DNA of 64,000 bases from Cyanophora paradoxa CCMP329. Lineage: Eukaryota > Plantae > Glaucophyta. Of the stretch, positions 23,685 to 35,600 are shown piece by piece. Within the stretch, counting starts at the first letter, position 1; every line of letters begins with the position of its first letter. The notes beneath the pieces are model-generated. The model was not told the origin of the DNA. It made no database searches and saw nothing but the letters and a program-made list of their open reading frames with translations. The DNA is taken from positions 1 through 64,000 of the forward strand of contig QPMI01000268.1 of NCBI GenBank assembly GCA_004431415.1, read 5' to 3'. Both the position numbers and the translations under genes were made by a program.

Positions 23685-24208
23685 CGCTGCCGTACCCGGG
23701 ACTGGTTCCTTCCCCCGGCCCGGCCGCATTCTGTACCCAGTCATGAGGTCCACCCCCAGCCTCATTCTGTACCCAGTCAAAAAAGTCACCTCGCACTTCT
23801 ACCGCAACGTCGCCCCCACGAACAAGCGTCACCCGCCGGCACCACACAAGCCCCTCCAAGACCGGTTGACGAGATTTGCGTCGCATCCGACCGGCTGATC
23901 GCGTGGATTTTCGTTTCGGTGCGCCCGGCGATCTGCACCGCTCCCGGCCCATCCGATTGCACACCGCTGATCTAGTACATCGCAGCTTTGCAGTTTTGTC
24001 TTCCCGTCCGCGTCGGCCGCGAGCCTCTTCGACCATGATCGCGCGATTGGCGATCGCGCCTCCTGCTACGTCCTTCACGTCTCGCAGGTGGCCATCGCTC
24101 ACGATCGTCGTCGGTTCTTCGATCGGACGAGCCACGAGACCGCTTGCGGTGAGCTCGATCGCCCCGCTCCGCACTCCGCTTAAGATCGCCGAAGAGCGAG
24201 CCCGCCGG

Positions 24209-24290
24209 TTCCAAGTGATGTTGGAATAAAATCCTTTTCCCCCGACACGGATTTCTTTCTCATGGGGACCCTATCCATTCCCTGATGGAA
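24209..24290 (+). ncRNA. Box C/D snoRNA
   Basis: 5-bp terminal stem TTCCA/TGGAA, box C variant GTGATGT (24215), D' CCGA (24242) and D CTGA (24282). The D' guide AATCCTTTTCCC is complementary to the conserved LSU rRNA segment GGGAAAAGGAUU. Confidence 0.7.
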
Positions 24291-24322
24291 TCACGCTCCG
24301 ACTAGACCCTAGTCTATCTCGC

Positions 24323-24403
24323 GAAGATCTCGGTGGTCCAGCGATCTAACCTCTTTGCCGTTTGACGCGCAGCACAGAACAAATGCTGGAGAGCTTCAGA
24401 TCA
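24323..24403 (+). ncRNA. Putative H/ACA-type guide hairpin (SNORA4/snR83-like target)
   Basis: Hairpin TCCAGC..GCTGGA with pocket strands TAACC and ACAAAT complementary to SSU rRNA AUUUGUCUGGUUA. ANANNA box AGATCA at 24398. Pocket-to-box spacing is longer than canonical. Confidence 0.45.
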
Positions 24404-24492
24404 ATCCGATCGCGTCATGACGCGCGAGCCCAAGGCAAGCCTGCCGCCAAAGCCCCTTGTCCCTTGGCCCCCATCTGCCCGCCGCCCGCTCT

Positions 24493-24575
24493 AAGTGATG
24501 AATAAATTCATGACGGTCTACTGAGCACAATCTGTGCGGACAAACCTGAATAAACCCAACGCTTTATATCTGATC
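24493..24575 (+). ncRNA. SNORD35: Box C/D snoRNA, U35/snR73-like
   Basis: Box C GTGATGA (24495). Guide TCATGACGGTCTA plus D' CTGA (24521) is complementary to LSU UAGACCGUCGUGA. TAAACCCA matches the adjacent UGGGUUUA. D box CTGA at 24570. Confidence 0.82.
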
Positions 24576-24932
24576 CTCCGGGCTTGTAAGACGTTAGAAC
24601 CTCTTCCTCCGCGTTCTCTTCCTCGTCATCGCTGACACTCGTCCTCTCCTTCTGCAGGCAGCAAGCCTCGATGCTGTGTCACCCTCGCCCGTCCCCCTTA
24701 CCCTCGCCTGTGTCTCCTTGTTCTTTTGGAAAAATGCAGTGCTCGATTCGAAACGTGTTCTTGAAAGCCGGGGATCGGGCCGGGGAAGTGCTCGGAAGCT
24801 GGGGAGCGGGGCAGGAAGCGTGCACACACCCGATAGGCCACAGCCATGGTCACGCGAGGCGAATGGCGCCGCCGGATTTACATATTACATACAGACAGCA
24901 GCGGCGGAGGCCAAACGAGCGCCGGCAGGGAC

Positions 24933-26727
24933 CTACGCGTCGCCGGCGTGGCCGCCCCAGGCGCCCGGGTAGGGTTCGCCCTCTGCCCACTCGGACTGCC
25001 CCGAGAGGTCGCCGCCCGGCGCCAAGTCCTGCGCCGTCATCACCGCCACCTGCGCCGGCCGGTCAGGGGCGCAAGGGCCGGGGCCGGGGCGGAGGGAGGG
25101 GGGGGACGCGCGTTGACGCCCTGGGGCGGGCCGCCTCCGCCCGGGATCCGCGCGGTCATGTCCGCCAGGTGCTCTGTGGGGGGCCTCCGTAAGAGAGGGA
25201 AGGGCGCGGGGCAGGGGACGGGCGGGGCGGGGCGCACGGGGCATGACCCAGTCTGAGGCGGAGGAGGGGCAGAGGGGGTAAGCGGCGGGGCGGGCGAGGA
25301 GGAGGGGCAGGGAAGAGGGCGCGGGGGACCGCACTCGGGTCCTTCTTCTTCAGCTGCGGGGCGTCAGGTCAGGCGCGGCTCGCGGGGCGCGGGGGCGGGA
25401 CGCACCCGCGCGGCGCAGAACTTGATGTGCTGGCCCCAGCCGCTGACAAGGAGGCCGGGCGAGAGCCGTCAGGGGCGCGGGGAGGGGCCCGGGGAGGGGA
25501 GGGGGTCGGGGGCGGGGGGCGGGGGGCACCTGGGGAAGAGCCAGACCTGGCAGAGCTCGCACTGGTACTTGTACTTGACCTGCCCCTTGCCCTCGGGCGC
25601 CTCCTTGATGTTCGAGACGTTGTTGCGCTTCGCGGCCGGCCCGCCCCGCAGCTGCGCCGAGGGCGAGAAGTCGGGGTCCGCGGGGGCGTGCAGGTGCGAG
25701 GGCGTCTGCGGCGCCGGCTCCGGCGAGCCCGAGGCCGGCAGGCTCGTCCGGGGCGGCAGGGTCGCCGCCGGGTGCCGCGGCGCCATCCCCGCGTACGCGT
25801 TGTACGCCCCGGGCGGCGCCCCGCCCGGCACCGCCCCGGGCACACCGGGGTACGTCGAGCCGTACGCGCCTGGGTACCCCATCTGGGGCTGCCCGGGGAG
25901 GGGGATGGAGGCGGCGCCGACGAAGCCCGGGCGGGCGCCGAGGCCGGGGACGGCCCCCGGGCCCCCCGGGTAGCCCGGCACGCCGACCGCGCCGCCGTGC
26001 TGGTGCTGCTGCTGCTGGGCGAGGTAGCTCGCCTGGGCGCTCGCCTGCGCCTGGGCGGCGTTGAGGACCTGGATCTTCTTGCGCTCCTCCTCCTCCTCCT
26101 GCGCGAGGCTCTCCTCCTCCTCCTGCAGGGCGCGGCGGCCCTTCTCCGCCGCGAGCGCCGCCGCGCGCCGCGGCCGCCGGATCATCGACTCGGCGATGGA
26201 GGTGCGCCCCTGAGCCGCCTCCCGGTTGCGCGCCACCTCCTCCGGCGGCTTCGAGACGCGGCCCGAGGCCGTGAACTGCACGTCCGAGTGCGACGGGCCA
26301 GACGCGTGCGAGTGCGTCGCCGTCCGCGGCGCCATCATCGGCAGCCGGGGCGCCGCGTTCTCCACCCGCCGCTTCTTCCTGTCGCGGAAGGGGAAGACGG
26401 CCCTGCGCGAACGCCGCGTCGGCGGAGTGGCGACGGCGGCGGCGCGAGGCCAAGGCGCGAAGGGACTCTGGCTCACGGCGCGGCGGCGTCCTCCTCCTCG
26501 CGCTTGCGGATGAGCTCGGCATACTTGTCCCACACGGCGAACGCCTGAGGCGAGGGCCGAGCGGGCCTGCCGCAGATGGCTTCCTGGTGCGGGCACCTGC
26601 CGCAGCCAGGCAGGCGTCAGGGAACTCGCGGCCGCCCCATTCCGATGAAGCACAGCGAGAAACCCAATCGTCGAAGATCTCACCTGCAGACGCGTAGTCT
26701 CGACAGCGGGCAGTCGACGTGGAACAT
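24933..26727 (-). CDS. Nuclear protein with N-terminal Cys/His motif, Gly/Pro/Gln low-complexity region and C2HC zinc finger
   Basis: Spliced: MFHVDCPLSRLRVCRCPHQE..RDRKKRR (NLS-like)..YQCELCQVWLFPSGWGQHIKFC..GGHAGDA*. Includes 15-19 nt micro-exons. Confidence 0.7.
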
Positions 26728-27163
26728 GGCGCCCTTGCTGAGCGGCCCTCAAGCCAGGTCAATGTTCAAGCCCTCGTCGCCCTGTACCCCGGCAAACATT
26801 TCAGATTGCGCGCCCGCTAGCCAGGCGCGCGGTCGAGCGCACAACACGCCTCGCAGCGGGACGGGCTCGCTCGTGATCTGTTCGTCCGGCCGCTCTCGCC
26901 GGAGTCGCCGCCGTTAGCTGGTCGAGCCGCCGCCAGCAGCTACCGGCCCTCCGCGCACTTCCGGCGAAAGGCGTGGGACGACGTCACCGCGCCCAGGGTC
27001 TGCCGGTCTTTTCCCCGCCGAGCCTCGGCTTGCGTAGGCGTCCGATCTAGATACGCCGTGGCCGTCGTCGCCGCTCGGCCAGCCTCACCAGCCGGCAGCG
27101 CGCCGCGACTTATTCCGCTCGTCACTCGCTCGGTCGGGCGTCGCGCCATAGCCACGCGCCGCG

Positions 27164-29913
27164 ATGTCGACGGCGCTCATGGCGGCGGAACAGCCGTCCT
27201 GCGAAGAGGAGATCGGAATCCACGTCGGCTCCCGCCTGAAGAACATCGACCTCTTCCCATGTCCGTTCGCGCGGCTCGGCGCCTCCTGCCCCGCCGGCCC
27301 CGGCGCCGAACCGCCCTGACCGCCGCGCGCAGTCCGGATCGTGGGGTCGCAGAGCAGAATCGGGGGCGTCCTCTCCCTGGCGGCCCTGCTCCTCACGGCC
27401 TACTTTGTCCTGCACACGAGCTTCGTGCACCTCTCCGACGCGGATCAAATCGTCGCACAGGGGCGCGCCGCGCGGCCCTTCCACGAGCCCCTCGAGCTCC
27501 CCGCCGGCTCCATCCTCTGGGAGCTCGCGGACGCGTCGGGGCGGCCCGTCGCCAACTCGGTCCCGCTCCTCTCGCTGGAGAGCGTGCTGGAGAGCGGCGG
27601 GCGCGGCCAGGCGACCTCGTCCCGCCCCGCGCCCGTCTCCGAGGGCAGCTGCTCCCTGCCGGCCGCCCCCGACGGCACGCTCTACGCCTCGGGCCTCTCC
27701 TGCTACGCCCAGCCCTACTCCGTCAGCGGCTCCCTCGGCGGGCCCCAGTTCTCCCGCCTCCGCCTCCGCCTCGCCCTCCGCAGCCCCGACGGTGCCCCCG
27801 CCCCCGCCCGCAATGCGGAGCACGGCCCGCCGGGATGCGAGGCCGGGGCGCGCGCGCAGCCGGAGGGACGCTGGAGGGGCACGAGCTGCGCGTGTACGCG
27901 GTGACGCGGCCGGGCGCGGGGCCGGCGGCCGTCGAGGCGAGGCGGGCGCCCCTCGCCGCGGCCGCGCCGCCCGCCTCGCCCTCGCAGGCGTCTCCCGCTC
28001 CTCCTTCTCCTCCCACGTCCGCCCCCCCGCACTCGAGCCCGCGCCCCGCGCGCCGCTCACCCCCCGCAGCCTCTCGGAGCGCGCCGCCGCCTCTGAGGTC
28101 CCCCTCTCGGCCATCGACGCCGAGCTCTCGTACTCCCCCTCAGACTGGTGCGCTCCGCCATCCCCCCGGGGGGGCCGCACCCGATCGCCCACCCCGTACC
28201 CCCGCAGGGCGACCCCGGGGGCCCTCGTCGCGGAGATCGAGTTCGCCCCCGCCGGTTTGCCAGTACCCCCGCCCAGAATCCTGCACGCGTACCCCGTCCG
28301 ACTCGTTTCCCCCACCCCAGCGTACAGGATCGAGGAGACGGTGCGCTCCAAGAGCGCCGTACCCCTCGTCCTCGGCTGGGCCGCCTTCTGGTACCCCCGC
28401 CCTCCTCGAATCGTCGTGCCCGGGCGGTTCCTGACTTCCTTTTTCACTTCCGCGCAGGACCCTCATGACGATCACGCTGGGGACACTCGCGGCCGCCTAC
28501 AACCGCCACGTGCGCCGCGCGCTTCCCCGTGCCCCGTCCTTCGCCCTAACGCCCCGCAGACGTTCTCTCGGATCGGGATGGGGGCGCGGGGGGCGGCGGG
28601 GACGCCCGGGAGCAGCGCGGCGCCCTCCGCGCGCCCCGGGGAGATGGCACCCGAGACCGCCCTCGCCCGCGAGCTCGAGGTCCGTGCCCCCGCGGTCCCC
28701 GGCCCCCGCACCCGCCTCTTCTCCCCCTAGCGACCGGTGCTGTACCCCGGGCAGGCGCTGGGGGACAAGCTGGCGCGGGAGCGGTACCGGGACATGGTGC
28801 CGCTGGGGGGCCGGGGCTCGCGGGGGGCCCCCGGCGCCTCGGGCCGGGCCACGACGGGCTCCCTCGTGCTCGACGTCGCCAGCGGCCTCCCCGACGCCCA
28901 GCGGGGCCCGCCCTCCGGGTCCCCGACGGCCGCCGCCCTCGCCGCCCGCGCCGCCCAGGTCGCACTCAGCCCCAAGTTGTGCGCCCGCCCCGCCCCGCCC
29001 CGCCCCGCCCCGGCCCCTGCTCTGCGCCGGTTCGAGGCGGGGCGGGGGCGCAGCGACGACCTCGGGGGCAAGCAGCTCTCGCCCCGCCCCAGCGTCCACA
29101 AGGCCCGCCAGCAGTGCGCCTCCCCCCCCCTCTCCTCTCCCCGGCCCCGCTCGTCGCCTCGGCCGACCGCGTACCCCCGCAGCCTCGAGTCCCTGCGGAA
29201 GGAGTCCCGGTACTCCCCGGTGCGTTCCGACGGTTGCGTACCCCTCCAGCCCTTCCTCCCGGTCCGACTGTCTGCGCTCCAGGCCGGCCCGGTCGACTCG
29301 GCGGCGGCCGTCGCGGCGCTGTCCTCGGGGAGCCACGCGCACTCCGCAGGCGCCGCCCCCGCCCCCCGCTACTCCGACCCCCCCGCCTACCCCGCGCCCC
29401 GCGCCGCCCTCGCCGCCCCGTACCCCGCCCCCGCCTCCGTCTCGAACTCGGTGTCCTCCCTCTCCTCCGCCTCCTCCACGCTGTACCGGGGTACGCCCTT
29501 TTTCGGCCCCCGCCCGCCCTGCCGCGCCTCACGCTCGCCCCGCCCGAAGACCCGGCGAGCCTTTATGGCACCTACTCGGGGCACCCGGCGCCGAGCCGGC
29601 GGTACCGGCCCCCGGGGGGCCACCCGCGCAGCCCACGCGACTCGCGCTCGAACACCGGTGGGGCCATTTCCTCCGCCGGCCCGCCCCCGCGCTCACTCTT
29701 TCCTCGCCCCAAGACGCCTCGAGCGACGGCGGCGGCTGGCTCTCTCAGGACGGGTACGGGTCGGACGACCGCCCCTCGGCCGCCCTCGGCGGCGGCGGCG
29801 GCCCGACGGCCTTCTCGCGCGTCGCGCGGGGGCCCCCCGCCGGCCCCTACGGCCCGCCCGAGGGCTCCGACGCCGGCGCCGCCCCCTCGCACCCGCGCTT
29901 CGAGGTGCCCTAG
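27164..29913 (+). CDS. Two-TM protein with ERGIC/Erv-like N-terminus and Pro-rich cytoplasmic tail
   Basis: RLKNIDLFPFRIVGSQSRIGGVLSLAALLLTAYFVL (TM1), a luminal loop with two Cys, then YRIEETVRSKSAVPLVLGWAAFWTLMTITLGTLAAAY (TM2). TAG at 29911-29913. Confidence 0.65.
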
Positions 29914-30291
29914 GCTGCTCGTGCGCCACCCCCCCTACTCGGCACTCACGCCCCGCCCCGCCCCGCAGGGCCGCGCGCACACGGCCGAGCGTCACTCCCA
30001 CGCGCGATGACAGTCCCGCGCCGTCCTCCGTCTCTTCCGTGTCTCTCTCCCGCGCGCGGCTTTCCCTTCATCCCTCCCGCTCACGTAGTCGGCCAGATAG
30101 TTTTTACCCGGCTAGCCCCCTGCCGTAGTCGCCCCCCCTCCCCTGCATACGTAGCCGGCTAGCCAGTTGTTCACAGCTCTGAGTGATAAGTTATCGTGTT
30201 GTTTGCATTCGACTGGACGCTGCTTTCGACCTAACAGGCGCGCTGACTAGGAGAGAGTGAGGGGCGCCGAGACGGGAGGGAAGACGCCGGG

Positions 30292-33250
30292 TCAGTGCTC
30301 CTCGGCGCCGGCCTGCAGCAGCAGGGACATGACCTGCGCATGGCGGGCGGGCGGGGAGGGCCGGGGCGTCACGCGCGCGGGGCCGGAGGGGCGCGGGGCG
30401 GCCGGGGCGGGCGCACGTCGTCGAGGTCGCGCCGGTTCGTGTTGTCCCGCTGCCTGCGCCCCGCCCCGCCCCGCCCCTCGCCCCGCCCTCCCGCTCCCGC
30501 TCGCACGGGCGAGGCCTCGAGCGGACGCGCACCAGACGATGCGCTTGAGGACGGGCCAGCCGTGCTGGTCCACCTGCCCGCCCGGCTGAGGGACGGGGGT
30601 ACATGACGGGAGGAGGAGGATGAGGGGTACCTGGTTTGCGTCCGCGCCGGCCCGCAGGAGGAACTCCACGACCTCGTAGGCCGGCACCTGCCGGGGGAGG
30701 AAGTCAGAGGGGGGAAGGAGGGGGGCGGGCGGGGGCGGGGCAGCGGGCCTTGCAGAAGGTGTGGAGGAGGGTACCGGCGGAAAAGTCCAGCGCCCCCTCC
30801 TTCTGCCACAGCGCCTCGATCGCCTCGTAGACCACCCGCGCGCTGCCAGCCAGGCGGGAAAGCGTGAGAGGGGGGGGGAAGGGGTTGGGGAGGAGGAAGG
30901 GGCAGAGGGGGCGGGCCTGCGGGCAAAGGCGGCGGCGTGGACGCGGCGCAGGGCCTCCCACAGCTCCCGCCCGAACGGGTCGTCCCACGGCCGCCGATTC
31001 AGCGCCGCCTGCCGCGCCCCGCGTCGAGGGCGCGGAGGGGAGGGAGAGGGGTACGGCAATGGGGGCGGGCGGGCCTTGACGCCCGGGCAGCTCGTGAAGC
31101 GCAGCGGCGCCATCGCGTCGGCCTCGTCGTTCATGTCCTGCCGCACCCCCGGGCTCGGCTCGAGTGTGGGGGGGGGGAAGAGAGCGCCGGGGGGTACGGA
31201 CCTTGACTTCGCGGTAGCGGGAGCGGACGAGGGGCTTCTCGGCCTCCACGTGCGCCGCCCAGTCCCCGTAGTCCTCCTCCCGCCTGCCCCGCCCCGCCCC
31301 CCCGGGGGGCTCGAAGGCCGCACGGCAGAAGAGGAGCTCGCTTGCCAGGCCCGGCGCCGGGGGCGCACCGCTCGCGGTCCCAGGCGGAGAGGAGGGTGGA
31401 GGAGCGGACGAGGCGCACGAGCTCATCCCCCGCGTCGAACTCCAGCAGCGTCTGCGGGGGCGGGGCGGGGTGGGGGAGGCGGGGAACGCCGGCGTGAGCT
31501 CCAGGCGGCCTCGGGGGCGGGGCGGGGCGGGGCGGGGCGGGGCTGCGGGGGCGCCTGGAGCTCGGCGAGGAGGGCCTCCTTGAAGGCATCCGACTTGCCC
31601 TCCGTGAACCGCCGCACGAACTGCCGGGAGCATCGGAGAGGGAGGGAGAGGCGGTGGCGGCGGGCGGGGGTAGGCTGGCGGGCCTTGGCGGTCTGGGCGC
31701 CGGACTCGTCGAGGTACCCGAGCTGCATCGACGCGATGTTGAAGTGCTGCGCGGGGGGGGGTCAGGGGAGGAGGGGTCGGGGCCGGCGGGGGGTAGGCCC
31801 GCCTGGAGGAAGCCAGCGACCGCCATCACGTTGAGCGAGACTGCCCAGGGGGATTGAGTCCGGGCGGGGGGGGGGGGGGGGGGGGGGGGGATGGGAGGGC
31901 GGGGGGTGCACCCTCCGGGGCGAAGAACTCGAAGAAGTGGCCGCCCTCGCCGGCCGCAACGGCGTCCCGCAGCGCCCCGCACGAGAGCCTACCCCCCGCA
32001 TCAGGGGGAGGAAGAGGAGGGCGGGGGCGGGCGGGGTACCGGAGGCGAGGGAGCAGGGGCGGCTGTCGGCGCGCCAGTCGAGGGCCTTGCAGAGGTGCGC
32101 GCACAGCAGCGCCGCCTGCGGCAGCGACAGGCCCTTCGCCTTCACCTGCGCCCCGGCGTCAGGGAGGGGGGTACGGCCGAGCTGGCTCCGGGGCCGGGGT
32201 ACGCGCCAGGATGGCGGCGGAGATGGCGACGCGGGCGGCCCACGTCGTGGGGGGCCCCTTGGCGTGGCCCGAGGCCTGCGGGTTGGGCGGCTCGGGGGCG
32301 GGGGCCGGGGCGCCGGGGGGTTCGCCGCGCCTTGGACTTGTAGAGGTCGGCGAGGAGACGGCCGGCGGCGGCGGGGTCGTCCTCCCCGTCGAAGACGATC
32401 TCCAGCAGGTCCCGCACGAACCTGTACCCCGCTGAGCGGGCCGGGGGCGGGGGGGCGGGGGAGGGGGGGGAAGCGGGCGGGCGGGGGGTACCGTATGTCG
32501 GGGACGCGGGCGTCCTCGGCGGTGAGGACCTTGGCGGCGAAGACTTTGGGGTCGCGGGGCGGCTCCTGGGCGAGGGACGTGAGGGAGGCGACCTCGGAGC
32601 CGCCCTCGGCGACCGCGGCCGCCTGCTTGCTCCGCCGGTACCCCGCCAGCATCTTCAGCCCGTCCTCCCCGAACTTCCGGTTCTGCTGCAGGCTCTCCCG
32701 CAGCGACTTGTAGTCCTGCGCCCCCGCCGCTCGGCCCCGCGGCCCGGCGGGGGCGGGGCGGGGCGGACGGCGGCGGGGGAGAGCTTGTCGGCGTCCTGGA
32801 GGGAATCCTCGTACATGCCGAAGGCGGCGAGGGCGAGGGCGCGGCGGTAGAGGGCCTTCTGGTGCGCGGGGGCGCCCCGCAGCGCCACCGAGGCGTCCAC
32901 CACGGCCAGGTCCAGCTCGTTCCGCTTCAGATAGCACTGCGCCCGGTTCGCGTGCAGCAGCGCCTCCATCTCGCTCCCTGCCGCCGCGTGAGTTCGGGCG
33001 CGCTCGAACGCGTCTGCCGCCGCGGGCGTGTCGGACCCTGCTGGGCGAGCTCCAGCGCGCGCGAGTACGCATCGGCCGCGACGGCGTGCTCGCCCCGTGT
33101 GAAGCGCTCGTTGCCGAGCGCCTTGAGCTGTTCGACTGTCGGCAGCGAAGAGGCCGGGAAGCCCGACGCGTCGGGTCCGGCCTCGTATCGCGCCCGGAAC
33201 GACGCAAGCTCAGTGCGCGGCGCGTAGAGCAGCCGCCTGCGCCGACCCAT
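30292..33250 (-). CDS. TPR-domain protein with C-terminal ankyrin-like repeat (copy 1)
   Basis: VEQLKALGNERFTRGEHAVAADAYSRALE..LHANRAQCYLK..KALYRRALAL (3 TPRs) and TLLH..EVVEFLLRAGADANQVDQHGWPVL..VMSLLLQAGA (ANK). Start uncertain (33250 or 33387). Confidence 0.85.
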
Positions 33251-33653
33251 TGTTCTGCTTCGAGTGCTTCCTTGTTGGGGGGTACCGCGCGCTGGAGCTG
33301 TGGCAAAGCTGGCCCGAGACCCCGTTCGTCTGCCCCGCGCCTGCCTCCCCGCCGACGACCGAGACCGCGTGGTGCACTCTGGCGCATTGGATCACTGACC
33401 GGGCGCAGCTCCGTTGTCAGTTACTTAGTTTCGAAAATCGAGGTTCGCCCGCCGCGCGCGCGCGGCGCCGGCGCGGCGAGATATCGTTTCGCTCCGCTGA
33501 CCGTGAATTTTGCCTTGCCCTCGAACAGAGCCGCGCGGCGCGTATCGCAGCCGATCGTGGGAAATCTCGCGTCAGCTATTGCGGAGGGCGCGGGATCCGG
33601 GAGCGCCCCTGCATGCGCAGCTTGTCCTCGGAATCTTCGTCTGCGTGTTGGTA

Positions 33654-34078
33654 ATGTACATGGCGAGCAAAGCGGCGAAACAGCCGCCTAGCCCACCAGT
33701 GCTGACGTGGGCGGACGTGCGGGCGGGCGGTGGCGGGTTTGTGCGCAGCACGCTGGAGCTGGTGGCGCAGGGCGCGCCCTTCATCCTGCGGCATACATTC
33801 AAGGCGGCGGACACGCGGGGGGAGATCCTCCCTCTCTTCTTCTACCTGGAGGGCGCCCCGCCGCCGGGCCTGCTGCGCGTCCGCGCCGGCCCGGCGCCGG
33901 CGGGTCCCGCATCCGCTGGCGCAACCCCCACTTCCACAGGCGCGCCCCGCGCTCCTGGGCTCCCCCGCCCCCGTGCACGTGGGCTGCCAGGCTGAAGCGA
34001 TCGGAGCGCAGCTTCGCGGACGGGCAGAGCGGCGCGCGTATTGAAAACGACGACCTCGCGAATTTTGAGTGGGGCTGA
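33654..34078 (+). CDS. Small uncharacterised protein with an apparent 1-nt frameshift (copy 1)
   Basis: MASKAAK..TFKAADTRGEILPLFFYLE..[shift]..RIRWRNPHFH|SFADGQSGARIENDDLANFEWG*. One GC-AG intron. Divergent from the TPR gene. Confidence 0.5.
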
Positions 34079-34812
34079 GGTCGTCATTGCTGGTGACCTT
34101 GAGCTCCAGCCTGAATTTTGCTGGTGAATTAAATACAATATGCTGCACAGCCGCTGATCATAATCGAGCTGTCGATGTCTCCGGCTCGGCGAGCCTCGGA
34201 GGCTCGAGCTGGGGCTTACTAGTACTAGTACTAGGCTAGGCCGCCTAGGCCTCCTCTGGTCGCCCTCGCCTGGCTCAGCGGCTGCGCACGCATACCGCCT
34301 GGGCCGCCGGGCCGGACTGCATGCATATGGGCACAGGGCCCGGCCGGGCGGGGGTGGCGGGGGGTGGGGGGGTGGAGCCTCGGAGGGGGGGAGGGGGGGG
34401 GGGGGGGGGGGGGCGGGGGGCTTCGGTCGTGATCGATATGATGAAGGCCATCGCGATCGGTTTGATCCATCGGTACAGCTGCAGCGAGCTGGCTGCCGGG
34501 GCCGGCGCCTGCCTGACCCACCTTCCCGCCAACGAGAAACCACGCGGCGCACTCCGGGACATTTGATCACCGGCCCAGATCCGTTGCCTGTACCGCAGTA
34601 CGCGTACGGCGCGGCGCCGTGATATCGAGTTGGTCCTTTGACCATATGCATGACCAACTGCGGATCATGACCTTCGCCGATGTCGCCTAGGGCGATTGCG
34701 TGAAATAGCGGCTAGGCTCGAGTTGATCATGACAGGAATGAATACACGAAGGGAGGCGGGGAAGGAGCAATTAATGCGTACTAGGGGCCCGGCCGCGTTT
34801 GGCGCGCCGGGG

Positions 34813-34980
34813 GTGCAAGGGGGGAATCGGGATCTAATGAAAGAGTAGTAGTGGCACGAACATGCACGGGGCAGATGTAGATCGACCCCGGCCCAGTGCG
34901 CGCGGCAGGTTGAAGTAGTAAAGATAGACACAGATTATATATGACAAGCAGGGGGGCAAGCCCCCCCGCACCCCCCCATT
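34813..34980 (+). repeat. Dispersed repeat module, also at about 41049-41210 and partly at 52172-52288
   Basis: TCGGGATCTAATGAAAGAGTAGTAGTGGCACG...GATTATATATGA is shared by three loci. At 34813 and 41049 it starts TGCAAGGGGG and is followed by the hairpin GGGGGGCAAGCCCCCC. Confidence 0.8.
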
Positions 34981-35489
34981 TACTGATGACCATGACTGTC
35001 GGACATGCAGGAAGAAAGAAATTTACATGCAGACGTTTTCAGGACAAAAGAATAAGCTTCCTCGGCTTCGTATACGTATTCGAATATACAGTCGCGCTAC
35101 TTAAGGAACGGGTGCTCAGCGGCTTCGAAATAATCACTGTTAACGTTTTCGCTAGCCTAGTAGCGCTGCGTACGCGTACGCGTTGACTTCGAATTTACCT
35201 GCTGGTCATGATGTGCTCCGTCTGCACAATTGCAAGGATGCGCAGCAGCGCTCAGCGGCTAGCTGCATGCGCAGTAGCACTAGTATATATATACGTATAC
35301 GTATGTACACGGTTGCTAAATAAGCGCAACCGCGGCCGGGCAACGACAGCTCAGCGGCTGCTGCTGCAGGCTGTAGCCTCAGCCCTGTAGCTACGTATAC
35401 GTTTAAAGCCTACCGTAGTACAGTAGCTATAGCTGCAGTATAGCAGTAGAACGTTAACAGCGGCAGACTACAGTGCACACCGTGGCACG

Positions 35490-35600
35490 TGTTTCCGTTA
35501 CTTTCCGTTACTTTTCGCTATCCGCCACTTAAGCTGTCCGTTACTTTCCGGAAACGTCCGTTATCCGCCACTTAAGCTTTCCGTTACTTCCGTTATCTAC
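35490..35600. repeat. Array of TTTCCGTTAC / TATCCGCCACTTAAGCT units, likely TE subterminal repeats; copy at about 41720-41830
   Basis: Directly visible. Confidence 0.8.

Noticed and set aside
23614-24229. Protein-coding gene from ORFs 23614-24174 (-) or 23876-24229 (+)
   Set aside because: No recognisable motif. The region is better explained as the PEMT promoter and snoRNA host exons.
34951-34980. Helitron 3' end (GC hairpin)
   Set aside because: No CTRR terminus at the expected distance and no Rep/helicase remnant.
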